DNA of 64,000 nucleotides, from contig OZ059896.1 in NCBI GenBank assembly GCA_964057225.1, positions 19,034,001-19,098,000 on the forward strand, given 5' to 3'. Below are positions 50,601 to 64,000 of the stretch, one piece after another. Under the pieces are notes generated by a model. It searched no databases. It worked only from the letters and a program-made list of their open reading frames with translations, and was not told the DNA's origin. Numbering within the stretch: position 1 is the first letter of the stretch; each line of letters begins with the position of its first letter. Source of the stretch: Auanema rhodensis (taxonomy: Eukaryota > Animalia > Nematoda). The position numbers and the translations under genes are program-made.

Positions 50601-53600
50601 TTTTCGAAAAATTTCAAAATAATTTAGCAAAAAGTAGATGTTTTTAGATTCCTTTTTTCAAGGCAAAGACGATGGACAATGTTATTCAACAAAAAAATTA
50701 ATTCTTCAGGGTGAAAATCGAGGATATAAGTGTGAACTTATATCAGTTGATATCTCGGTGCATTTTTAAGCTAGCGCAAATCTCATAACACAGATCGACG
50801 CAGCTTAAAAATCCGCATCGAAAGCACTATACTACATTGAGAAACGCTTAATACAAAAATTAGTTATGATCGTTTGAAAAATGATGCATTAGTGTATGTT
50901 GAGTTTCCATGTACACTCAACATTGCTTCCAAAAACATTTTGACAAAAATTTTTTCGAAAAATTTCAAAATAATTTAGCAAAAAGTAGATGTTTTTAGAT
51001 TCCTTTTTTCAAGGCAAAGACGATGGACAATGTTATTCAACGAAAAAATTAATTCTTCAGGGTGAAAATCGAGGATATATGTGTGAACTTATATCAGTTG
51101 ATATCTCGGTGCATTTTTAAGCTAGCGCAAATCTGATAACACAGATCGACGCAGCTTAAAAATCCGCATCGAATGCACTATACTACATTGAGAAACGCTT
51201 AATACAAAAATTAGTTATGATCGTTTGAAAAATGATGCATTAGTGTATGTTGAGTTTCCATGTACACTCAACATTGCTTCCAAAAACATTTCGACAAAAA
51301 TTTTTTCGAAAAATTTCAAGATAATTTAGCAAAAAGTAGATGTTTTTAGATTCCTTTTTTCAAGGCAAAGACGATGGACAATGTTATTCAACAAAAAAAT
51401 TAATTCTTCAGGGTGAAAATCGAGGATATAAGTGTGAACTTATATCAGTTGATATCTCGGTGCATTTTTAAGCTAGCGCAAATCTGATAACACAGATCGA
51501 CGCAGCTTAAAAATCCGCATCGAATGCACTATACTACATTGAGAAACGCTTAATACAAAAATTAGTTATGATCGTTTGAAAAATGATGCATTAGTGTATG
51601 TTGAGTTTCCATGTACACTCAACATTGCTTCCAAAAACATTTTGACAAAAATTTTTTCGAAAAATTTCAAGATAATTTAGCAAAAAGTAGATGTTTTTAG
51701 ATTCCTTTTTTTCAAGGCAAAGACGATGGACAATGTTATTCAACGAAAAAATTAATTCTTCAGGGTGAAAATCGAGGATATAAGTGTGAACTTATATCAG
51801 TTGATATCTCGGTGCATTTTTAAGCTAGCGCAAATCTGATAACACAGATCGACGCAGCTTAAAAATCCGCATCGAATGCACTATACTACATTGAGAAACG
51901 CTTAATACAAAAATTAGTTATGATCGTTTGAAAAATGATGCATTAGTGTATGTTGAGTTTCCATGTACACTCAACATTGCTTCCAAAAACATTTCGACAA
52001 AAATTTTTTCGAAAAATTTCAAGATAATTTAGCAAAAAGTAGATGTTTTTAGATTCCTTTTTTCAAGGCAAAGACGATGGACAATGTTATTCAACAAAAA
52101 AATTAATTCTTCAGGGTATAAATCGAGGATATAAGTGTGAACTTATATCAGTTGATATCTCGGTGCATTTTTAAGCTAGCGCAAATCTGATAACACAGAT
52201 CGACGCAGCTTAAAAATCCGCATCGAATGCACTATACTACATTGAGAAACGCTTAATACAAAAATTAGTTATGATCGTTTGAAAAATGATGCATTAGTGT
52301 ATGTTGAGTTTCCATGTACACTCAACATTGCTTCCAAAAACATTTCGACAAAAATTTTTTCGAAAAATTTCAAGATAATTTAGCAAAAAGTAGATGTTTT
52401 TAGATTCCTTTTTTCAAGGCAAAGACGATGGACAATGTTATTCAACAAAAAAATTAATTCTTCAGGGTGAAAATCGAGGATATAAGTGTGAACTTATATC
52501 AGTTGATATCTCGGTGCATTTTTAAGCTAGCGCAAATCTGATAACACAGATCGACGCAGCTTAAAAATCCGCATCGAATGCACTATACTACATTGAGAAA
52601 CGCTTAATACAAAAATTAGTTATGATCGTTTGAAAAATGATGCATTAGTGTATGTTGAGTTTCCATGTACACTCAACATTGCTTCCAAAAACATTTTGAC
52701 AAAAATTTTTTCGAAAAATTTCAAAATAATTTAGCAAAAAGTAGATGTTTTTAGATTCCTTTTTTCAAGGCAAAGACGATGGACAATGTTATTCAACAAA
52801 AAAATTAGTTCTTCAGGGTGAAAATCGAGTATATAAGTGTGAACTTATATCAGTTGATATCTCGGTGCATTTTTAAGCTAGCGCAAATCTCATAACACAG
52901 ATCGACGCAGCTTAAAAATCCGCATCGAATGCACTATACTACATTGAGAAACGCTTAATACAAAAATTAGTTATGATCGTTTGAAAAATGATGCATTAGT
53001 GTATGTTGAGTTTCCATGTACACTCAACATTGCTTCCAAAAACATTTTGACAAAAATTTTTTCGAAAAATTTCAAAATAATTTAGCAAAAAGTAGATGTT
53101 TTTAGATTCCTTTTTTCAAGGCAAAGACGATGGACAATGTTATTCAACAAAAAAATTAATTCTTCAGGGTGAAAATCGAGGATATAAGTGTGAACTTATA
53201 TCAGTTGATATCTCGGTGCATTTTTAAGCTAGCGCAAATCTGATAACACAGATCGACGCAGCTTAAAAATCCGCATCGAATGCACTATACTACATTGAGA
53301 AACGCTTAATACAAAAATTAGTTATGATCGTTTGAAAAATGATGCATTAGTGTATGTTGAGTTTCCATGTACACTCAACATTGCTTCCAAAAACATTTTG
53401 ACAAAAATTTTTTCGAAAAATTTCAAAATAATTTAGCAAAAAGTAGATGTTTTTAGATTCCTTCTTTCAAGGCAAAGACGATGGACAATGTTATTCAACG
53501 AAAAAATTAATTCTTCAGGGTGAAAATCGAGGATATAAGTGTGAACTTATATCAGTTGATATCTCGGTGCATTTTTAAGCTAGCGCAAATCTGATAACAC

Positions 53601-56600
53601 AGATCGACGCAGCTTAAAAATCCGCATCGAATGCACTATACTACATTGAGAAACGCTTAATACAAAAATTAGTTATGATCGTTTGAAAAATGATGCATTA
53701 GTGTATGTTGAGTTTCCATGTACACTCAACGTTGCTTCCAAAAACATTTTGACAAAAATTTTTTCGAAAAATTTCAAAATAATTTAGCAAAAAGTAGATG
53801 TTTTCAGATTCCTTTTTTCAAGGCAAAGACGATGGACAATGTTATTCAACGAAAAAATTAATTCTTCAGGGTGAAAATCGAGGATATGAGTGTGAACTTA
53901 TATCAGTTGATATCTCGGTGCATTTTTAAGCTAGCGCAAATCTGATAACACAGATCGACGCAGCTCAAAAATCCGCATCGAATGCACTATACTACATTGA
54001 GAAACGCTTAATACAAAAATTAGTTATGATCGTTTGAAAAATGATGCATTAGTGTATGTTGAGTTTCCATGTACACTCAATGTTGCTTCCAAAAACATTT
54101 CGACAAAAATTTTTTCGAAAAATTTCAAGATAATTTAGCAAAAAGTAGATGTTTTTAGATTCCTTTTTTCAAGGCAAAGACGATGGACAATGTTATTCAA
54201 CAAAAAAATTAATTCTTCAGGGTGAAAATCGAGGATATAAGTGTGAACTTATATCAGTTGATATCTCGGTGCATTTTTAAGCTAGCGCAAATCTGATAAC
54301 ACAGATCGACGCAGCTTAAAAATCCGCATCGAATGCACTATACTACATTGAGAAACGCTTAATACAAAAATTAGTTATGATCGTTTGAAAAATGATGCAT
54401 TAGTGTATGTTGAGTTTCCATGTACACTCAACATTGCTTCCAAAAACATTTTGACAAAAATTTTTTCGAAAATTTTCAAAATAATTTAGCAAAAAGTAGA
54501 TGTTTTTAGATTCCTTTTTTCAAGGCAAAGACGATGGACAATGTTATTCAACGAAAAAATTAATTCTTCAGGGTGAAAATCGAGGATATAAGTGTGAACT
54601 TATATCAGTTGATATCTCGGTGCATTTTTAAGCTAGCGCAAATCTGATAACACAGATCGACGCAGCTTAAAAATCCGCATCGAATGCACTATACTACATT
54701 GAGAAACGCTTAATACAAAAATTAGTTATGATCGTTTGAAAAATGATGCATTAGTGTATGTTGAGTTTCCATGTACACTCAACGTTGCTTCCAAAAACAT
54801 TTCGACAAAAATTTTTTCGAAAAATTTCAAGATAATTTAGCAAAAAGTAGATGTTTTTAGATTCCTTTTTTCAAGGCAAAGACGATGGACAATGTTATTC
54901 AACAAAAAAATTAATTCTTCAGGGTGAAAATCGAGGATATAAGTGTGAACTTATATCAGTTGATATCTCGGTGCATTTTTAAGCTAGCGCAAATCTGATA
55001 ACACAGATCGACGCAGCTTAAAAATCCGCATCGAATGCACTATACTACATTGAGAAACGCTTAATACAAAAATTAGTTATGATCGTTTGAAAAATGATGC
55101 ATTAGTGTATGTTGAGTTTCCATGTACACTCAACATTGCTTCCAAAAACATTTTGACAAAAATTTTTTCGAAAAATTTCAAAATAATTTAGCAAAAAGTA
55201 GATGTTTTTAGATTCCTTTTTTCAAGGCAAAGACGATGGACAATGTTATTCAACGAAAAAATTAATTCTTCAGGGTGAAAATCGAGGATATAAGTGTGAA
55301 CTTATATCAGTTGATATCTCGGTGCATTTTTAAGCTAGCGCAAATCTGATAACACAGATCGACGCAGCTTAAAAATCCGCATCGAATGCACTATACTACA
55401 TTGAGAAACGCTTAATACAAAAATTAGTTATGATCGTTTGAAAAATGATGCATTAGTGTATGTTGAGTTTCCATGTACACTCAACATTGCTTCCAAAAAC
55501 ATTTCGACAAAAATTTTTTCGAAAAATTTCAAGATAATTTAGCAAAAAGTAGATGTTTTTAGATTCCTTTTTTCAAGGCAAAGACGATGGACAATGTTAT
55601 TCAACAAAAAAATTAATTCTTCAGGGTGAAAATCGAGGATATAAGTGTGAACTTATATCAGTTGATATCTCGGTGCATTTTTAAGCTAGCGCAAATCTGA
55701 TAACACAGATCGACGCAGCTTAAAAATCCGCATCGAATGCACTATACTACATTGAGAAACGCTTAATACAAAAATTAGTTATGATCGTTTGAAAAATGAT
55801 GCATTAGTGTATGTTGAGTTTCCATGTACACTCAACATTGCTTCCAAAAACATTTTGACAAAAATTTTTTCGAAAAATTTCAAAATAATTTAGCAAAAAG
55901 TAGATGTTTTTAGATTCCTTTTTTCAAGGCAAAGACGATGGACAATGTTATTCAACAAAAAAATTAGTTCTTCAGGGTGAAAATCGAGTATATAAGTGTG
56001 AACTTATATCAGTTGATATCTCGGTGCATTTTTAAGCTAGCGCAAATCTCATAACACAGATCGACGCAGCTTAAAAATCCGCATCGAATGCACTATACTA
56101 CATTGAGAAACGCTTAATACAAAAATTAGTTATGATCGTTTGAAAAATGATGCATTAGTGTATGTTGAGTTTCCATGTACACTCAACATTGCTTCCAAAA
56201 ACATTTTGACAAAAATTTTTTCGAAAAATTTCAAAATAATTTAGCAAAAAGTAGATGTTTTTAGATTTCTTTTTTCAAGGCAAAGACGATGGACAATGTT
56301 ATTCAACGAAAAAATTAATTCTTCAGGGTGAAAATCGAGGATATAAGTGTGAACTTATATCAGTTGATATCTCGGTGCATTTTTAAGCTAGCGCAAATCT
56401 GATAACACAGATCGACGCAGCTTAAAAATCCGCATCGAATGCACTATACTACATTGAGAAACGCTTAATACAAAAATTAGTTATGATCGTTTGAAAAATG
56501 ATGCATTAGTGTATGTTGAGTTTCCATGTACACTCAACATTGCTTCCAAAAACATTTCGACAAAAATTTTTTCGAAAAATTTCAAGATAATTTAGCAAAA

Positions 56601-59600
56601 AGTAGATGTTTTTAGATTCCTTTTTTCAAGGCAAAGACGATGGACAATGTTATTCAACAAAAAAATTAGTTCTTCAGGGTGAAAATCGAGTATATAAGTG
56701 TGAACTTATATCAGTTGATATCTCGGTGCATTTTTAAGCTAGCGCAAATCTCATAACACAGATCGACGCAGCTTAAAAATCCGCATCGAATGCACTATAC
56801 TACATTGAGAAACGCTTAATACAAAAATTAGTTATGATCGTTTGAAAAATGATGCATTAGTGTATGTTGAGTTTCCATGTACACTCAACATTGCTTCCAA
56901 AAACATTTTGACAAAAATTTTTTCGAAAAATTTCAAAATAATTTAGCAAAAAGTAGATGTTTTTAGATTTCTTTTTTTAAGGCAAAGACGATGGACAATG
57001 TTATTCAACGAAAAAATTAATTCTTCAGGGTGAAAATCGAGGATATAAGTGTGAACTTATATCAGTTGATATCTCGGTGCATTTTTAAGCTAGCGCAAAT
57101 CTGATAACACAGATCGACGCAGCTTAAAAATCCGCATCGAATGCACTATACTACTTTGAGAAACGCTTAATACAAAAATTAGTTATGATCGTTTGAAAAA
57201 TGATGCATTAGTGTATGTTGAGTTTCCATGTACACTCAACATTGCTTCCAAAAACATTTCGACAAAAATTTTTTCGAAAAATTTCAAGATAATTTAGCAA
57301 AAAGTAGATGTTTTTAGATTCCTTTTTTCAAGGCAAAGACGATGGACAATGTTATTCAACAAAAAAATTAATTCTTCAGGGTGAAAATCGAGGATATAAG
57401 TGTGAACTTATATCAGTTGATATCTCGGTGCATTTTTAAGCTAGCGCAAATCTGATAACACAGATCGACGCAGCTTAAAAATCCGCATCGAATGCACTAT
57501 ACTACATTGAGAAACGCTTAATACAAAAATTAGTTATGATCGTTTGAAAAATGATGCATTAGTGTATGTTGAGTTTCCATGTACACTCAACATTGCTTCC
57601 AAAAACATTTTGACAAAAATTTTTTCGAAAAATTTCAAAATAATTTAGCAAAAAGTAGATGTTTTTAGATTCCTTTTTTCAAGGCAAAGACGATGGACAA
57701 TGTTATTCAACAAAAAAATTAGTTCTTCAGGGTGAAAATCGAGTATATAAGTGTGAACTTATATCAGTTGATATCTCGGTGCATTTTTAAGCTAGCGCAA
57801 ATCTCATAACACAGATCGACGCAGCTTAAAAATCCGCATCGAATGCACTATACTACATTGAGAAACGCTTAATACAAAAATTAGTTATGATCGTTTGAAA
57901 AATGATGCATTAGTGTATGTTGAGTTTCCATGTACACTCAACATTGCTTCCAAAAACATTTTGACAAAAATTTTTTCGAAAAATTTCAAAATAATTTAGC
58001 AAAAAGTAGATGTTTTTAGATTTCTTTTTTCAAGGCAAAGACGATGGACAATGTTATTCAACGAAAAAATTAATTCTTCAGGGTGAAAATCGAGGATATA
58101 AGTGTGAACTTATATCAGTTGATATCTCGGTGCATTTTTAAGCTAGCGCAAATCTGATAACACAGATCGACGCAGCTTAAAAATCCGCATCGAATGCACT
58201 ATACTACATTGAGAAACGCTTAATACAAAAATTAGTTATGATCGTTTGAAAAATGATGCATTAGTGTATGTTGAGTTTCCATGTACACTCAACATTGCTT
58301 CCAAAAACATTTTGACAAAAATTTTTTCGAAAAATTTCAAAATAATTTAGCAAAAAGTAGATGTTTTTAGATTCCTTTTTTCAAGGCAAAGACGATGGAC
58401 AATGTTATTCAACAAAAAAATTAGTTCTTCAGGGTGAAAATCGAGGATATAAGTGTGAACTTATATCAGTTGATATCTCGGTGCATTTTTAAGCTAGCGC
58501 AAATCTGATAACACAGATCGACGCAGCTTAAAAATCCGCATCGAATGCACTATACTACATTGAGAAACGCTTAATACAAAAATTAGTTATGATCGTTTGA
58601 AAAATGATGCATTAGTGTATGTTGAGTTTCCATGTACACTCAACATTGCTTCCAAAAACATTTTGACAAAAATTTTTTCGAAAAATTTCAAAATAATTTA
58701 GCAAAAAGTAGATGTTTTTAGATTCCTTTTTTCAAGGCAAAGACGATGGACAATGTTATTCAACAAAAAAATTAGTTCTTCAGGGTGAAAATCGAGTATA
58801 TAAGTGTGAACTTATATCAGTTGATATCTCGGTGCATTTTTAAGCTAGCGCAAATCTCATAACACAGATCGACGCAGCTTAAAAATCCGCATCGAATGCA
58901 CTATACTACATTGAGAAACGCTTAATACAAAAATTAGTTATGATCGTTTGAAAAATGATGCATTAGTGTATGTTGAGTTTCCATGTACACTCAACATTGC
59001 TTCCAAAAACATTTTGACAAAAATTTTTTCGAAAAATTTCAAAATAATTTAGCAAAAAGTAGATGTTTTTAGATTTCTTTTTTCAAGGCAAAGACGATGG
59101 ACAATGTTATTCAACGAAAAAATTAATTCTTCAGGGTGAAAATCGAGGATATAAGTGTGAACTTATATCAGTTGATATCTCGGTGCATTTTTAAGCTAGC
59201 GCAAATCTGATAACACAGATCGACGCAGCTTAAAAATCCGCATCGAATGCACTATACTACATTGAGAAACGCTTAATACAAAAATTAGTTATGATCGTTT
59301 GAAAAATGATGCATTAGTGTATGTTGAGTTTCCATGTACACTCAACATTGCTTCCAAAAACATTTTGACAAAAATTTTTTCGAAAAATTTCAAAATAATT
59401 TAGCAAAAAGTAGATGTTTTTAGATTCCTTTTTTCAAGGCAAAGACGATGGACAATGTTATTCAACAAAAAAATTAGTTCTTCAGGGTGAAAATCGAGTA
59501 TATAAGTGTGAACTTATATCAGTTGATATCTCGGTGCATTTTTAAGCTAGCGCAAATCTCATAACACAGATCGACGCAGCTTAAAATTCCGCATCGAATG

Positions 59601-62600
59601 CACTATACTACATTGAGAAACGCTTAATACAAAAATTAGTTATGATCGTTTGAAAAATGATGCATTAGTGTATGTTGAGTTTCCGTGTACACTCAACATT
59701 GCTTCCAAAAACATTTTGACAAAAATTTTTTCGAAAAATTTCAAAATAATTCAGCAAAAAGTAAATGTTTTTAGATTCCTTTTTTCAAGGCAAAGACGAT
59801 GGACAATGTTATTCAACGAAAAAATTAATTCTTCAGGGTGAAAATCGAGGATATAAGTGTGAACTTATATCAGTTGATATATCGGTGCATTTTTAAGCTA
59901 GCGCAAATCTGATAACACAGATCGACGCAGCTTAAAAATCCGCATCGAATGCACTATACTACATTGAGAAACGCTTAATACAAAAATTAGTTATGATCGT
60001 TTGAAAAATGATGCATTAGTGTATGTTGAGTTTCCATGTACACTCAACATTGCTTCCAAAAACATTTTGACAAAAATTTTTTCGAAAAATTTCAAAATAA
60101 TTTAGCAAAAAGTAGATGTTTTTAGATTCCTTTTTTCAAGGCAAAGACGATGGACAATGTTATTCAACGAAAAAATTAATTCTTCAGGGTGAAAATCGAG
60201 GATATAAGTGTGAACATATATCAGTTGATATCTCGGTGCATTTTTAAGCTAGCGCAAATCTGATAACACAGATCGACGCAGCTTAAAAATCCGCATCGAA
60301 TGCACTATACTACATTGAGAAACGCTCAATACAAAAATTAGTTATGATCGTTTGAAAAATGATGCATTAGTGTATGTTGAGTTTCCGTGTACACTCAACA
60401 TTGCTTCCAAAAACATTTTGACAAAAATTTTTTCGAAAAATTTCAAAATAATTTAGCAAAAAGTAGATGTTTTTAGATTCCTTTTTTCAAGGCAAAGACG
60501 ATGGACAATGTTATTCAACGAAAAAATTAATTCTTCAGGGTGAAAATCGAGGATATAAGTGTGAACTTATATCAGTTGATATATCGGTGCATTTTTAAGA
60601 TAGCGCAAATCTGATAACACAGATCGACGCAGCTTAAAAATCCGCATCGAATGCACTATACTACATTGAGAAACGCTTAATACAAAAATTAGTTATGATC
60701 GTTTGAAAAATGATGCATTAGTGTATGTTGAGTTTCCATGTACACTCAACATTGCTTCCAAAAACATTTTGACAAAAATTTTTTCGAAAAATTTCAAAAT
60801 AATTTAGCAAAAAGTAGATGTTTTTAGATTCCTTCTTTCAAGGCAAAGACGATGGACAATGTTATTCAACGAAAAAATTAATTCTTCAGGGTGAAAATCG
60901 AGGATATAAGTGTGAACTTATATCAGTTGATATATCGGTGCATTTTTAAGCTAGCGCAAATCTGATAACACAGATCGACGCAGCTTAAAAATCCGCTTCG
61001 AATGCACTATACTACAGTGAGAAACGCTTAATACAAAAATTAGTTATGATCGTTTGAAAAATGATGCATTAGTGTATGTTGAGTTTCCATGTACACTCAA
61101 CATTGCTTCCAAAAACATTTTGACAAAAATTTTTTCGAAAAATTTCAAAATAATTTAGCAAAAAGTAGATGTTTTTAGATTCCTTTTTTCAAGGCAAAGA
61201 CGATGGACATTGTTATTCAACGAAAAAATTAATTCTTCAGGGTGAAAATCGAGGATATAAGTGTGAACTTATATCAGTTGATATCTCGGTGCATTTTTAA
61301 GCTAGCGCAAATCTCATAACACAGATCGACGCAGCTTAAAAATCCGCATCGAATGCACTATACTACATTGAGAAACGCTTAATACAAAAATTAGTTATGA
61401 TCGTTTGAAAAATGATGCATTAGTGTATGTTGAGTTTCCATGTACACTCAACATTGCTTCCAAAAACATTTTGACAAAAATTTTTTCGAAAAATTTCAAA
61501 ATAATTTAGCAAAAAGTAGATGTTTTTAAAGACGATGGACAATGTTATTCAACGAAAAAATTAATTCTTCAGGGTGAAAATCGAGGATATAAGTGTGAAC
61601 TTATATCAGTTGATATATCGGTGCATTTTTAAGCTAGCGCAAATCTGATAACACAGATCGACGCAGCTTAAAAATCCGCATCGAATGCACTATACTACAT
61701 TGAGAAACGCTCAATACAAAAATTAGTTATGATCGTTTGAAAAATGATGCATTAGTGTATGTTGAGTTTCCATGTACACTCAACATTGCTTCCAAAAACA
61801 TTTTGACAAAAATTTTTTCGAAAAATTTCAAAATAATTTAGCAAAAAGTAGATGTTTTTAGATTCCTTTTTTCAAGGCAAAGACGATGGACATTGTTATT
61901 CAACGAAAAAATTAATTCTTCAGGGTGAAAATCGAGGATATAAGTGTGAACTTATATCAGTTGATATATCGGTGCATTTTTAAGCTAGCGCAAATCTGAT
62001 AACACAGATCGACGCAGCTTAAAAATCCGCATCGAATGCACTATACTACATTGAGAAACGCTTAATACAAAAATTAGTTATGATCGTTTGAAAAATGATG
62101 CATTAGTGTATGTTGAGTTTCCGTGTACACTCAACATTGCTTCCAAAAACATTTTGACAAAAATTTTTTCGAAAAATTTCAAAATAATTTAGCAAAAAGT
62201 AGATGTTTTTAGATTCCTTTTTTCAAGGCAAAGACGATGGACAATGTTATTCAACGAAAAAATTAATTCTTCAGGGTGAAAATCGAGGATATAAGTGTGA
62301 ACTTATATCAGTTGATATATCGGTGCATTTTTAAGCTAGCGCAAATCTGATAACACAGATCGACGCAGCTTAAAAATCCGCATCGAATGCACTATACTAC
62401 ATTGAGAAACGCTTAATACAAAAATTAGTTATGATCGTTTGAAAAATGATGCATTAGTGTATGTTGAGTTTCCATGTACACTCAACATTGCTTCCAAAAA
62501 CATTTTGACAAAAATTTTTTCGAAAAATTTCAAAATAATTTAGCAAAAAGTAGATGTTTTTAGATTCCTTTTTTCAAGGCAAAGACGATGGACAATGTTA

Positions 62601-64000
62601 TTCAACGAAAAAATTAATTCTTCAGGGTGAAAATCGAGGATATAAGTGTGAACTTATATCAGTTGATATCTCGGTGCATTTTTAAGCTAGCGCAAATCTG
62701 ATAACACAGATCGACGCAGCTTAAAAATCCGCATCGAATGCACTATACTACATTGAGAAACGCTTAATACAAAAATTAGTTATGATCGTTTGAAAAATGA
62801 TGCATTAGTGTATGTTGAGTTTCCATGTACACTCAACATTGCTTCCAAAAACATTTTGACAAAAATTTTTTCGAAAAATTTCAAAATAATTTAGCAAAAA
62901 GTAGATGTTTTTAGATTCCTTTTTTCAAGGCAAAGACGATGGACATTGTTATTCAACGAAAAAATTAATTCTTCAGGGTGAAAATCGAGGATATAAGTGT
63001 GAACTTATATCAGTTGATATCTCGGTGCATTTTTAAGCTAGCGCAAATCTCATAACACAGATCGACGCAGCTTAAAAATCCGCATCGAATGCACTATACT
63101 ACATTGAGAAACGCTTAATACAAAAATTAGTTATGATCGTTTGAAAAATGATGCATTAGTGTATGTTGAGTTTCCATGTACACTCAACATTGCTTCCAAA
63201 AACATTTTGACAAAAATTTTTTCGAAAAATTTCAAAATAATTTAGCAAAAAGTAGATGTTTTTAGATTCCTTTTTTCAAGGCAAAGACGATGGACAATGT
63301 TATTCAACGAAAAAATTAATTCTTCAGGGTGAAAATCGAGGATATAAGTGTGAACTTATATCAGTTGATATCTCGGTGCATTTTTAAGCTAGCGCAAATC
63401 TGATAACACAGATCGACGCAGCTTAAAAATCCGCATCGAATGCACTATACTACATTGAGAAACGCTTAATACAAAAATTAGTTATGATCGTTTGAAAAAT
63501 GATGCATTAGTGTATGTTGAGTTTCCATGTACACTCAACATTGCTTCCAAAAACATTTTGACAAAAATTTTTTCGAAAAATTTCAAAATAATTTAGCAAA
63601 AAGTAGATGTTTTTAGATTCCTTTTTTCAAGGCAAAGACGATGGACATTGTTATTCAACGAAAAAATTAATTCTTCAGGGTGAAAATCGAGGATATAAGT
63701 GTGAACTTATATCAGTTGATATCTCGGTGCATTTTTAAGCTAGCGCAAATCTCATAACACAGATCGACGCAGCTTAAAAATCCGCATCGAATGCACTATA
63801 CTACATTGAGAAACGCTTAATACAAAAATTAGTTATGATCGTTTGAAAAATGATGCATTAGTGTATGTTGAGTTTCCATGTACACTCAACATTGCTTCCA
63901 AAAACATTTTGACAAAAATTTTTTCGAAAAATTTCAAAATAATTTAGCAAAAAGTAGATGTTTTTAGATTCCTTCTTTCAAGGCAAAGACGATGGACAAT

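Larger units (their letters stand above)
12918..64000. repeat. 351-bp satellite DNA array (145 full monomers plus a 208-bp partial; continues past the window end)
   Basis: The unit GCACTATACTACATTGAG...CCGCATCGAAT recurs every 351 bp (12918, 13269, 13620 ... 63793). The phase shifts only at 1-bp homopolymer indels (~41121, ~41881, ~51710) and one 19-bp deletion (61527/61528). Confidence 0.99.

Noticed and set aside
29816-59841. 63-aa (+) and 86-aa (-) ORFs within the satellite (29816, 30778, 30869, 33235, 33326, 59650)
   Set aside because: They appear only where a point variant removes a stop present in the consensus monomer (TTTAGC to TTTTGC or TTCAGC; AGTTAT to AGATAT). They show no recognisable protein family.
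12918-64000. CRISPR array, or a tandem tRNA/5S/snRNA gene array
   Set aside because: There are no unique spacers and no cas genes. I recognise no cloverleaf, A/B box or 5S/snRNA sequence, although an Rfam scan was not run.
12918-64000. CpG-methylation signature, since several common variants are CG/TG or CG/CA
   Set aside because: The direction is ambiguous: several rare variants create CpG, and the monomer keeps about a dozen CpGs despite being AT-rich. It cannot be supported without methylation data.

Overview
Eukaryotic, AT-rich repeat DNA with no intact protein-coding gene. Positions 12918-64000 are an uninterrupted head-to-tail array of a 351-bp satellite: 145 complete monomers plus a partial one, each differing from consensus by only a few substitutions. 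Positions 1-12917 hold four near-identical copies (the first cut by the window edge) of a 2735-bp non-autonomous Ty3/Gypsy-type LTR retroelement. Each copy has 383-bp LTRs (TGTCACA...TGTAACG), a 13-nt tRNA-Gln primer-binding site, a polypurine tract, a GCAC target-site duplication and a pseudogenised integrase remnant with a GPY/F motif. The copies are separated by exactly 2, 2 and 4 satellite monomers and all sit at the same base of the monomer. Private SNPs in the flanking monomers indicate one insertion followed by tandem amplification with the satellite, forming a composite 3.4-4.1-kb macrosatellite. The monomer is rich in dyads and contains a 118-bp spaced palindrome that the insertion interrupts. 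The array shows variant zones and local 2-, 3-, 4-, 6- and 7-monomer duplications. A centromeric or pericentromeric location is plausible but cannot be shown from sequence, and the organism is not identified.
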